Positions 37,766-49,013 of a stretch of 64,000 nt of DNA are shown here, in pieces. Source of the DNA: Guillardia theta CCMP2712. Lineage: Eukaryota > Protista > Cryptophyta. How positions within the stretch are numbered: position 1 is the first letter of the stretch; each line of letters opens with the position of its first letter. The stretch covers positions 1 to 64,000 of the forward strand of contig NW_005434672.1 of NCBI RefSeq assembly GCF_000315625.1, in the 5' to 3' direction. The notes beneath the pieces were generated by a model. The model did no database searches. It worked only from the letters and a program-made list of their open reading frames with translations, and was not told the origin of the DNA. The translations under genes and the position numbers were made by a program.

Positions 37766-40381
37766 CATTCCATGGCATTTACTAATGCCCAATTATAAAT
37801 TAATATCCTTTTAACAAACACTTGTACCTGTTAATTTGATCATAAGCATACAGTTTTTAGTCAATTTTGTACCAGAATGATTTGTACCACTCAGTACTCT
37901 TTTATATTTGTTTTAAGCATTTGAGTTCCGGCTTACACGCCTCTTGGCTGCTCTCTTCCCTGTGTACCGGTATGTTTGTCTGATATGGAGGGGGTAGGGT
38001 TATTCGTATATTTCGATACACGCTCATGAAATCTTATTAGTGTCAGCCATTGACGAGTGTAGTAAATCTAGCCAATAAGTATTTTTGTTTTCAAATCAAG
38101 GAGTCGTATGCCAGCTAGCAACGGCAATCTTTTTTTTCTACACGAGTTGTTAGAGATTGATAAATATCCCATGTCTATAGGGTGCCACCGAAACACAGGT
38201 CCCCTTGCCCCCGATCAAAAGGCAAATAATTTTCATTAAAATCCTGAGATCTCCATTGCAAGTATCCCTCCCCTCCTCGTTCAATGCTGTTCTCCCTCCC
38301 TCCCTCCCCCCTGCTCCCCTCCCTTCCTCCCTGCTCCCTCCCTCCCCCCTGCTCCCCTCTCTCCCCGTTGCTTCCCTTTCCCTTGCGCTCCAGTTATAGA
38401 CACCAACAAATGAATCTTCACCGTCGTGTATCAGCAACAAATGGAATTCAGAGAAGGCGAAGGCAGGAAGATTTCGATACATTCTTGGAGCAGGAAGAGA
38501 CTTGTGATGAGTCAAAGACACCTCAAGATTTGAAGCTTCGAATGATCCTGCATACGTCAGTTGATGATCGAGACTTGCCCAGGATGTACTGGAAAAAGCC
38601 AAGCAGTAATTTGAATATTATTCTTGAGCCTGGCACAGGGGTTCAATATCAGTGTGAAGATCACAGGGGCGTTGAAGTGAATCGACTGGGCATGATCAAA
38701 TCGCTGCACTCAGATGCACAGGTTGTCGAAGTGTACATCATGTACAATGGAGTCCTCTTGGAACATGTAGACGAAACCATTATAACTAATCGAGTGCCCT
38801 GTGTGGCCCTGAAAAGAATTTTGAACAAGGTTGGAAACCGTGATTGTTATCAATCAATTTACAAGGATACGGATGAAATGAATGCTATACCAAAAATGTG
38901 TTTCTTCAGCTTTCCTTGCATGTTGGAGCATGCCAACGATGATCTCCACGATAATTTCAGAGTGCATGGGTATATATTTTTTCATGAAGACGACATCGAA
39001 AATAATAAATACTGTGAAATCTCTCACTTCTCGATTGCAAACCCGGCACCACTCGTTGAAAAGATGGCGCAAACAACTTTCTGTTCAGCGGCGGAGTACA
39101 ATCGGATTTGTCGAGATATGACCGAGGTCAAAATGATGTTCAATCAGTGGTTGAAGTCAAGGAGTAAGACGTTTGAGAAGAATTTTGTTTGTTGTTTTCA
39201 ATTGATTTTCGTTGCTTTCGATTGCTTTACAATTTTTGTTTGTTGTTTTCCATCGCTTTACGTGTGACATGCTCGTCACAAGCCATGTTTATGAACTCCG
39301 AAAACCTCAGCATCTTTTCGCTGCCTGTTTCACAACCTCGGAATCATCGCCGTCTTTGTCCAAACCTACATCCGCAAGATGTTCCTATTCGCTTGGGCAC
39401 CCGCTTGTCTCCATGCTTCTCTTCCCCACAACTGATAAAAACATTACATTCGCAGGAATGATATTCAATGGAGACTCTACCTTATGTCTTAGCTCGCTGG
39501 TTCTGATACTGAGAAGTCCTGAGGGAAGTTCATTCACATCCGGCATTCATGGCGTTGAATAGTTCATAGATCTTACACTTGCGATCTATTTGCAATCAAG
39601 TTGCCTACACGACTGACATGCCTTATGCTTATGTGCTTGGTTGACACAGAGAGGAGGAAGTATGGGTCTTGTAGAATGCCAACCAAAACAACAATCAATT
39701 GCCTAATCAGAGAGATCCTTTACGAGAAACAATCTAGACACCAAACAACTCTACAGTCAGAGATGTGCTCGAAGCTCAAGCATACGAAAGAGGGTTGTGG
39801 ATGCTTGATCACCAAAAACGAGCAATTCTCCATCTTGCAATGAGCATCAAAAGGATTCGAAAACAGCCCTAGGCTCTGGAATCCATGGCGATGCTGATTC
39901 CTACAGCTTCCTTTGAAAAACAAGCTCGAGCTGTTTGAAACGTCGTCTTGCAGTATGCCGCAAAAGTACAAACATTCACACATGATCCAACCTTGGATGG
40001 CCTGGAGCTTGAATAAGATGAAAGAGCCATTGGCTGAGAGCCATCTGGGATTCAAACAAACGCCGCCTGCGCCGGCGGGTGCGGATGCAGAGCAATGGGG
40101 GAAGGGTAGGGCAGGCGATTTGGTTGTATATGCACCCCCCAGGCGTGTAAAAGCGTGTAAGGTCAAAAATAGTTTTAATGTTTGAAACCTTGTTGTTTGG
40201 AGGAAGCAAGAATACTTGTAAACCTAAAACTGCTCGACACGGTCCCCGATTCAAACATACTTTCAACCATTATCGAAGTTTCTGGTACAAATTTTCAGTG
40301 CGCCGACCATTCAAAAATCCTGGGCTGAAGTACCCCGCTCGAAAATGATCAAAAGCGAGCATTAGAAAATGCCATGGAATG
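37766..40381 (+). mobile_element. TIR element copy 2, complete (2616 bp), 23-bp TIRs, CA...TG ends, no obvious target-site duplication
   Basis: CATTCCATGGCATTTACTAATGC (37766-37788) vs GCATTAGAAAATGCCATGGAATG (40359-40381), 1 mismatch; second copy at 34030. Confidence 0.9.
38410..40185 (+). CDS. Element-borne protein of unknown function (first exon ~260 codons; downstream exons approximate)
   Basis: ATG at 38410; ORF nearly identical in both element copies; no clear DDE motif recognised. Confidence 0.6.
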
Positions 40382-40790
40382 GCGCCCGCCACGGTCGGTC
40401 ACGGTCTCGGGAGTCTCGGATGCCGCCGACTAGCAGGCTCCCCGGCGACCGTCACACCGGTACGGTCACCGGGTGACGGTCGCCGCTCCGCCGCCGGCCC
40501 GCCGGGCTGAACTTTCCGACGGAGTTGCAGTGCCCGGGCCAGGGGTCGGACTCGGACCGTCCGATCTCTCTCCAGCGGACCCCGGGCTGAGTGGCAGTGA
40601 ACGGTGCCGCATGACCCGACGGTGACTCTGTGACTGAGTTGACTGAGCCTGTCACCGCAAGCTCAGGTATCGGACAATCGGACTCAGTCCCAGTGGGCCG
40701 CCGGGTGACACTAGGCCGTCACCGTCCGAACAGCGAACAGTCATGGTTTAGGTTCGTCGTCGGACTCCGACGAACCTGAAGACATGTAGC
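40382..40790. repeat. GC-rich palindromic-word island 4, right part (left part 37585-37765; split by the TIR element)
   Basis: Same composition on both sides of the element. Confidence 0.7.
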
Positions 40791-40904
40791 CGATCACATC
40801 AATGGCGAGGGGCAACGATCGACTCCGATGAGAACAATTTATGACGGCGCAAACAAGTAAATATGTACACAAGGAACATAGGAACAGCTGATTAGCGTAG
40901 ACAC

Positions 40905-41457
40905 TCATCGATCCTGTTCCAGACTTGCTTTTTGCCCGGCCTCTTCATCATTGGCATCTGCTGAGCGTGTACTTTGAAAGAGCTTTCGACCTCTCTTCCT
41001 CGCTGAGTTTGCATTTCCTTTCGAAGATCCCATCTTCGCTTCGGACGGTTGATCCTCGAGACCGTCATCACGCCTGAAGTAAGAGCTTATCCTGCTTTCA
41101 CGCAGTGTGGGAGACGACAAGACGAGTCTGCGTTTGCTACAAGAGTTGACCGATTCCCTCCTGAAAGGATGTCAACAACACTCAAGAAGGGCATTTCTAC
41201 CACCTTCGCTTCTGTTTAGAGTTTGATCTCGAATTTAGTTCAGGGCTTGTTGAGAAGTGTCTTAGTCTTCGAAGTTGTAGGCTTCTAGCGAGAATGTTGG
41301 TTTTGTCAGTTGTGATGATTTGCACTTCGGCATTGCTTGCATCATTTGTCTGGACATGGTTTTCGCACATGTTGTGCAACCTGAGATTGGAACCGATTTC
41401 TGGGAGATTCACCATCAGACCTTTTGACGGCAAGTTGGCAAGGAAGAGGTTGGCCAT
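40905..41457 (-). CDS. DDA1: DET1- and DDB1-associated protein 1 (DDA1)-like
   Basis: MANLFLANLPS and QIITTDKTNILARSL resemble the two conserved DDA1 blocks (FLxxLP; QIIxTEKTNILxR); recognised from memory. Confidence 0.55.
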
Positions 41458-42139
41458 CGCGGGTTCTGCAAGCAACAGTCATTCGTACATGAATAATCTT
41501 TACAGAGTGATAGAAAATGAGGACTTTTTCCTTCTTTCACAAATTAAGTCGATCTAAGATTGCAATCAATCAACCCCAGCTTCGACCAACTTTTGAATCT
41601 TTGAAATGTTCCGCATCTCGGAAATCATTGATCGAAGTTTGGCAAACTACTTGCTTAAGCTAAGCTCCAACGATGATACTGATTCGTCTATTACCTGGTG
41701 ATGGTTAAGGGTATATTGTATCGCTAACTACCACAAAACACGTTTAATACTGCGCAGCATGCTTCGCTTGTCGCTGAGAAGATATACCTTCTAATCTTGA
41801 CCCCTTCTACCATGCTCTTATATCTTTGACAAATCTTCTTCTCTTCTCATCGTCTGCATCATTGGCTGGCCCACCGCCCCTGCCGGCGCTAACACACGCA
41901 TACTGCATGTCGACCATCACGCTTCAAATTTGAGAAAACTGGGTGAATTGATGTGGTGGGGGTACACTACCTGGTATCTGCACCCGTCTTTTACAGATAT
42001 AAATAATGTCAAAATGTGGGTAGGGTGCTAAAGGCAACCGGTCATAGGGCATCTGGACATGGGGTAGGTAGGAGAGGCTTGTTGGAGGGACAACGTAACG
42101 ATCATAAACGGTTCGTGGTTCCGAAGAAATTTAACGGAT

Positions 42140-42360
42140 CATGGGCCGGGCGCCGGCCGGGCCGCGGCCGCACTCAGCGGTGAATCAGTGAGCCTGAGAG
42201 TACCGGGTCACCCGGCCCGGCCGGCGTCACCGAGCCGCCTGCACGGAACCCTAGCCACCCTAGTATCGCATCCTTTATATGAGACTGGGCCTTTGACAAG
42301 ACCAACCGTAACTTAGTAGTCGTAACCGGACGGTTCAACTTGGCAACGCCGAGTCGGATT
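42140..42360. repeat. GC-rich palindromic-word island 5 (short)
   Basis: gggccgggcgccggccgggccgcggccg, gtaccgggtcacccggcccggccgg. Confidence 0.65.
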
Positions 42361-42364
42361 GAAC

Positions 42365-43876
42365 TCAATCATCATCTCTCCGTCTCTTTCTTCCATCACG
42401 ACCAGGATTGACTCCAGCACTTTGTCTCCTTGCCCTGAAAAGATGGTTCGGCATCAGTCGCAGTTTTTCATCCTTTTTTTTGCTTCAGAGTACCTGGGTG
42501 CCCTAGTGGCAGACTGTGGAGTGTCGTGCTCTGCGTCGTGATCCTCCTGCTCCACCTTGGGCGCGCTGAAAAAGAGGTCAGCGATGATTAAGCAGCTTGC
42601 ATGAGATTCACCGCCCTCTCCCTCTTGGCGGCTTCTTGATGGTATTCTCCTCCTCTTCCTCTTCGTGATTCGCCTCCACTCCTTTCTTGCTCGCTGATCC
42701 GCGACCTGCTGGTGGCCGCTGCGGTGTAGGAGTTTCCATGGCCGAAATGTGCTCACCGAGAATCGCTGTCTCCTCTTTCTTCAAAACCACCTGCAGCTCC
42801 TTGGCCCAAGCAAATATTTCTGATCCTTTCTGATTGTACTGCATCGCATTAATGAAAATAAGCGCCATGTCCGACATGAACTCTCTAACATTTCCTTCAT
42901 ATTCGTTCTTGTCAAGCTTCTTTTTAACATCATTGAGGCATATGGGCTTTTTGATAATCGCGTGATAATCAGGAGCTTCTCGCTTTGTGACAGGCTTCTT
43001 GAAGGGCTCAGACTTTTCATGGCCGAAGATTGCCTTCCATAGTTTCATCATGGCTTCATTCCGTTTTCTCGCGACGCCCAAGGGAAGATCTTCCGAAGCA
43101 ACGCTCGAAACATCTTCTGAATTGTCTTGTGCATGAGAAACAGGCGGAGTGCTTGTATTGGTGGAGAGCTTTGATCCTGGAGTTGTGTGCTTGCCTACTG
43201 GTGTGGGTTTGGTGCTGGAAGGCGTCGTCTTCTCGTCCTTGACCTGCACGGGAGTTTTGGTCTCACTCGTAGAGGCTGCGGGTGTTGTAGCTGGTTGCGC
43301 TTCAGCCGAGGACGCAGGGCGTGATGGAGTGAGAGGCGCCTCGGCAGCTTGAATCTCCTTCTTGGTCTCAGACTTGTCGCCTTCTGCCTGCCCTGCACTA
43401 GCAGGTTTCGCAGGGGTCGGCTGATCGAGAACATTCAAGTCAGGGTTATTAGAACATTCTTTCACCCATCGCTCGAGAGTATCTTGATCTGCACTCGCTG
43501 AATTGTTGATATCCTTCTCTGTTTCTTCTATCTGCATTTGAACCCTAGACAGCTCAGCTTTGATGTCTGCTTTTCTTTGCTCCCTCAGGCGTTCGATCAT
43601 CTCTCCTGCTCGCTCAGATGGTGTTGGGTCCATGACTTTCCGCTGCGTCCTCCCTGCAGAACCTTTCCTCGAGTCCTCTGCCAGGACCATTTCTCTCCAC
43701 TTGTTCTCACACTTGCGGGGAGTGAAGAACTCAGTGTCTCTCCGCATGGATCCCGGGTACTGCAGTGCCTGTCGAACCAGCTTGCCGATCATGGAGAAGT
43801 CTGGCACCATGCTTCCTCCATGTCGCTGCACAGCCTCGGCCAGCACCAGCTGTTCTCCTGCCGTCCACTCCGACAT
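42365..43876 (-). CDS. BRD8-like protein: SANT/Myb-like N-terminus, coiled coil, bromodomain
   Basis: WTAGEQLVLAEAVQRHG..FFTPRKCENKW; bromodomain SEPFKKPVTKREAPDYHAIIKKPICL..IFINAMQYN; two short 3' introns inferred. Confidence 0.88.
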
Positions 43877-43973
43877 ACCTGCCGCGCGCGAGCCTTGCTC
43901 TGAGGCGAAGTCCTTAGTCGTTACGAACCGTTACCAAAGAAAACTCCCCAGTTACAGATGTAACGCCCTTGAG

Positions 43974-45401
43974 ATGAGGCTGACTTTGAGGAAGGGATCC
44001 GATATGCTTGTGCTGGCGGCGTTTGCGCTCTTATGCTGCGAGGGCAGCGCAGCATTCATGGCGTCTTCCTTCATTCAACGACTTCGAACCTCTTCTGTCC
44101 GTCCAATCCAGCTACTGAGGACTCAGATGCATCCTCATCGGCTGTCAACATGGCGTTCAAGCTCAAGAAGAGCCCACATCACTAGCATGGCAAGGACGTT
44201 TGAGTTCGTGCCATATGGACAGAAGTTTGAGTCCGACAAGAAGAGTATCTGTGTGGATGGTCTTGTCCCTGGCACGAGGTTCCGTCATCTCTCACGTTTT
44301 CTTTGCTCCTTCTAACTGTTGGGTCGCAGCTTGCAGCTCACACACTGGAACGGCAATGAGACACCCAAGGAATACAAGGCCGATCTCTCTACGGATATTG
44401 TCTTGAAATTCATCCATGCAGAGTTGGGCTCAGAGAAAAACAAGTGGAATGATGCCGTGGTCTTGAACAACCACTTCGACACAGACGGGCTCCTTTCGGT
44501 TTGGATTATGCTGAATCCAGAGGCAGCGATGAAGTACGAGCGAAGAATGGTGGATGCAGCAGCGGCTGGAGATTTTGACGAATGGGGATTGTCAGATTGG
44601 GGCCTGCAGCTTGATCTTGCTTTCTCGAAGCTTGCATCACAATGCGATGGTGACAAACAGGCATATGAGAAGCTTTTACCCATGGTTGAGGACATATTGG
44701 TCAACGTTGACGATCGTGAGGAGCTTTGGAAGGAAGAGCTTGATGAGGTCGACGGCAGGAGTCTGTGAACCAAATCTGTCTTATTTAACAAAATCCCCCC
44801 AGATGTACAAGATCTTTGACATGGTTTGCGATGACAAGATCGTGACTACCCGAGTTTTCGACGAGAGGTCCAAATACACCAAGAACGCAGGAAAGATCGG
44901 AGATGTGGGCGTAGTGGTCCATCCTCCCGGTAGTCCCAAAGTTAACGGGAAAGTCTTGTCAAGGACCTTTCCTATCGGCCAAGCGACCGACGCTCAGGTG
45001 ATAGCGAGGTACTTGATGGCTTACGAACAACCCGATGGAAAGTTTCATTATGAATATGAACGGCCGCATCATGCATGGGCAGAGACGGTGAAACGAGCCA
45101 ATCTGAGTAAACCCAACGCTCCTTTGATTTTGGAGAACCTCGGGAGTGAGTGGACAACCGCCGGGTTGAACGGCATGACAGCAATATGCAGTATGATCTA
45201 CTATTTATCAAAAATCTTTTCTTGACCCCTCACGATTTTGCAGAAACGCAAATACCCATTTCCAAAGGTCCAATGGAGGTATTTGTGACGTCATGGTGAC
45301 TCCCATCTGAGATGTTGTGGATTACTTTCTACCAGGTTGCTGGAGAGCTTTTGGATCTTGAACGCTCTCTTCTTCCAGTATTTATACAGAAGGGTGAATG
45401 A
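43974..45401 (+). CDS. DHH-like/DUF6687-type protein with bipartite plastid-stroma leader
   Basis: VDG..LTHWNGNETP..ADLST..NNHFDTDGLLSVW..AGDF motifs; leader MLVLAAFALLCCEGSAA-F followed by an S/R-rich transit peptide. Confidence 0.75.
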
Positions 45402-45512
45402 GGAAATGATCAGCTGCACTCGAATGAAATTCACAGACTAAGCCTTTTACTGTGTACATCTCGTGCCACAAACTCAGCGTAAGGGTCAAACCTATCCTAC
45501 AGTTTCAAATAT

Positions 45513-46855
45513 TTATCCAAGGGCGTTCACGCAATGGAGATCCTTGAAGGCCTCCTGTTAAAGGAAACATCAGGGAACTAAGAGGCACAAGATTGCGTCT
45601 TACCCCGAGGCGCTCCACAGCGGACTCCTCAGCCTTGCGCAGCCAAACACGGGGATCGTAGAACTTCTTGTTGGGCTTGTCAGCTCCCTCAGGATTTCCA
45701 ATCTGGCCCTGCAAGTAATCGTGCTTCTCCTTCTCAAACTTGCGGATTCCGTCCCAGCAGGCCCACTGGTCTAAGAGTGAGACAAGCATCGTTTCAGCAA
45801 TACCACTTCACCTGAATGTCGGTATCGATGTTCATCTTGATGACTCCATGATTCACAGCAGTGTCAATCTTGTCCTTCTCGGATCCCGATCCACCGTGGA
45901 ACACAAAGTTGACAGGCTTGTCCTCCTTGCACTTCAACTGCTCCTTGATATACTTCTGGGCGTTGCCAAGAATGTCGGGCCTGAGCTGAACGTTTCCAGG
46001 CTTGTACACACCGTGGACGTTACCGAAGGCGGCAGCGATAGTGAACATGGAGTTGGGGACGGCAGCAAGGGCCTTGTACACCTGCCACACCTCATCTGGC
46101 TGGGAGTAGAGGGAGGCGTTGTCCACATTCTCGTTGTTCACACCGTCCTCCTCTCCACCAGTGATACCGAGCTCCATCTCCAACAAGCAGTTAATCTTAG
46201 CCATACGGTTCATGTACTTGACACACAGATCAATGTTTTCCTGGAGAGGCTCCTCAGACAAATCGATCATGTGGGAGCTGAAGAGAGGCTCTCCGTGCTC
46301 CTTGAAGTACTTCTCGTCAGCGTCCAACATGCCATCGAACCAGGGAAGAAGCTTCTTCGCGCAGTGATCAGAGTGGAGAACCACGGGGACGCCATAGTGC
46401 TCGGCCATCAAGCGGACATGGTGAGCACCCTGTTTGTGATAAATTCAGCAAAATCTGAAGCAAATCTACCACACGACAAATACCGCAATGGATCCAAGGA
46501 CGCAAGCCTTCAAGGTCTCCTTGGGGTTGTCGAGGGCCTTTCCGGCGTAGAACTGAGCTCCTCCGTTGGAGAACTGGATCATAACAGGGCAGTTGTACTT
46601 CTTGGCAGCCTCCAAGACCTGGTTGACGCTGCTAGAGGAAACACAGTTGACTGCGGGGATGGCGAATCCCTTGTCCTTGGCGGTCTGAAGGAGATCCTTG
46701 AGGGCCTGACCAGTGACAACTCCAGGCTTCACAGAGTCTGGGAGGTTGGGGAAGTGCTTGCCGCCTCCTCTCATGCGGAGAGTTGGGGCATGTAGAAGAG
46801 TCGCTGCATCAACGGCGGCGAACGCGACAGCCGCACAGAGGATGGCTCGTAGCAT
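45513..46855 (-). CDS. FBA: Fructose-1,6-bisphosphate aldolase class II (type A) with signal peptide
   Basis: VKPGVVTG, FAIPAVN, LHSDHC, SSHMIDLSEE, GITGGEEDG, FGNVHGVY, VFHGGSG, KMNIDTD, PNKKFYDPRVWLR. Confidence 0.97.
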
Positions 46856-47969
46856 GGCGGTCGATGGCCTCAGGCGTAGGGTCCTTGGGGTTATAGAGGA
46901 GGCCTCCGGTCCGCCATCAACCCCTGAAATCGTCTCAATGTTTAGCCAATATGTCAATTCACGTACCAATTTATTCACTTAATGACGTGTCATCACTGAA
47001 GGATTTGGGGTGGTCGGGTTGAAGGGTATCACTTTGGACCCCCGCCGGGAACTTTAGTTGACCCGACGAAGCGCCCCAGGGACAGAAGGTTGACCCTGGG
47101 TATCAGTCCTCTGCAGATCCTTTTTTTTAATTCGATACCCCGCAGAATTCGTGAAAGGATGGGCACCAAGGCCCGATGGGTGTAGGGCAGGGTTGAAGCC
47201 CGCAGAGGAGCGCGACCCCTATGAAACTTGAAACGTTTTCGTCGGGGGTTAGGGGTGGGTGACAGATCTCAACATGGGGGTGGTGATAAGCACTGGATGG
47301 TGGTACGGTAGTCATTTGGTCGTATGGGTGGGTCAATTAGCTAGGTTTGGTAGGGTACTAAAGGGGTTTCAAGGGAGAATTAAGGGGTGTGGATACAACC
47401 ACTTGCCAAGGTGGGTAGTTCCTAAGGGACTCATCTCTTGGCGTGGATGATTGGATGGGGGACCAATCGTCTGAATGTGAAGCAGCAGGCATGGTGAAAT
47501 TTACTTATTGCAAGACATAGAAACGTTTCAATCTATGAAGGTAGAAAAGAATACCCCCCCTCAGATACATCGAGAATTAGGAGTCGCTGGGGTGGGGTGT
47601 TTAAACGGCAAAGAATCTTCGGCGTAGAAGGAACCACCCTACCCTCCTCTCACACAGGCAAGAAGAAGACACCCCCTTACACCTTGTAGATTTTCCAAGT
47701 TGAATGATAGTGAAATTTATAAGAGGTACAATCCCCTCGTCACAGGAAGTACCCCACACCTATTCAAGAAGTATCTCCTCAATCTCTGTCACGGGTAGGG
47801 TACATCTAAAACGAAAGGACCGGTGCAACCTCTCCATGGGCAGATTCTCCTGGGGTGGGGTCCTGTATGGAACCGACCAGGGGTGGCCGTCAGCTACACC
47901 CACAGGATGCCTTGTGCTTCCGTTGCCTGGAAGTTGTGGCCGTTTATTCACGGTTGATTTAAAACTATT

Positions 47970-48325
47970 GAGTCCCGGAAGGAGTCCGGCGCCGCGCCGG
48001 GCCGGGCCGACGCTTCGCCGGGCGCGGCGAGTGACTCCGGGCCGACGCCAGCGGCCTGGGCGACCGGGCGCAGCGACGGTCCGACGCCTCGGAGTCACCG
48101 CCGAGGTCGTCGGGGCCCCCCGCCGGCCCGAGTCAAGTTTCCGACGCCGGGCCAAGTTCACCCGTGGGGGGGGGGGGCGCCGCAGCCTCGTTGGGCCGGG
48201 GGGGCGGCTGGCGCGGCGGACTCGGACTCCCGGAGTTACTCAGTTACCCGAGTGACGCCGTCACTGTGCCATGCCTCGGGCACACGGAGCGCCTGAGTGA
48301 CCCGGCCGGCCGGCCCGGCGAAATG
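47970..48325. repeat. GC-rich palindromic-word island 6
   Basis: Dense GAGTC/GACTC and CCGG words. Confidence 0.75.
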
Positions 48326-48914
48326 GCCCGGCCCGGCCCGAAGGCGGGGGCCCGGCGGAGTCCGTCGGCGGTAAAAACTAGCAGCTTCAAACTACTATCA
48401 TTATATATATCAACTACCCGCCTTGTCATATGGCGAGTCAAAACGGCCAACGGCCTGTCACCGGGCGTGTGCCAAATGATGAAAGAACTTGGTCGCAGAA
48501 CTTCGGAAAGTGTGAACTCAGTTGCAGTGACTCATGATGGCCCGGCCCGAAGGCGGGGGCCCGGCTTCCCGGCGTCGGCGGTACGGTAAAAACAGCTTCA
48601 AACTAGTACGGTCGCCTTGTCAGATGGCGAGTCAAAACGGCCAACGGCCTGTCACCGGGCGTGTGCCAAATGATGAAAGAACTTGGTCGCAGAACTTCGG
48701 AAAGTGTGAACTCAGTTGCAGTGACTCATGATGGCCCGGCGGCCCGAAGGCGGGGGCCCGGGCCGGCTTCCGTCGGCGACGGTAAAAACAGCGTCAAACT
48801 AGCCGCCTTGTCAGATGGCGAGTCAAAACGGCCAACGGCCTGTCACGGCGTGTGCCAAAATGATGAAAGAACTTGGTCGCAGAAAGTGTGAACTCAGTTG
48901 CAGTGACCTCATGA
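48325..48914. repeat. Three tandem copies of a ~190-bp unit
   Basis: Core cgccttgtca.atggcgagtcaaaacggccaacggcctgtca..gtgtgccaaatgatgaaagaacttggtcgcagaa..gtgtgaactcagttgcagtga repeated at ~48420, 48614 and 48804. Confidence 0.92.
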
Positions 48915-49013
48915 AAAGGATGATGAGGCCAACAAGACAAGCAAGTGAAGTGTGAAGACAACAAGAACAACTTCCTCTCTTGTACCTTGCTCCCTCCTCC
49001 CGTCATCTCAGTC

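Noticed and set aside
45740-46795. 351-aa plus-strand ORF
   Set aside because: Antisense to the highly codon-biased aldolase gene
48476-48537. C/D snoRNA cluster in the 190-bp repeats (ATGATGA C-box-like word)
   Set aside because: No CTGA D box or terminal stem at a suitable distance
47704-48891. Arg/Gly/Pro-rich ORFs in the GC islands (also 10846-11175, 17892-18298, 33656-33949, 63531-63929)
   Set aside because: Stop-poor GC-rich sequence; no domain signal or consistent frame
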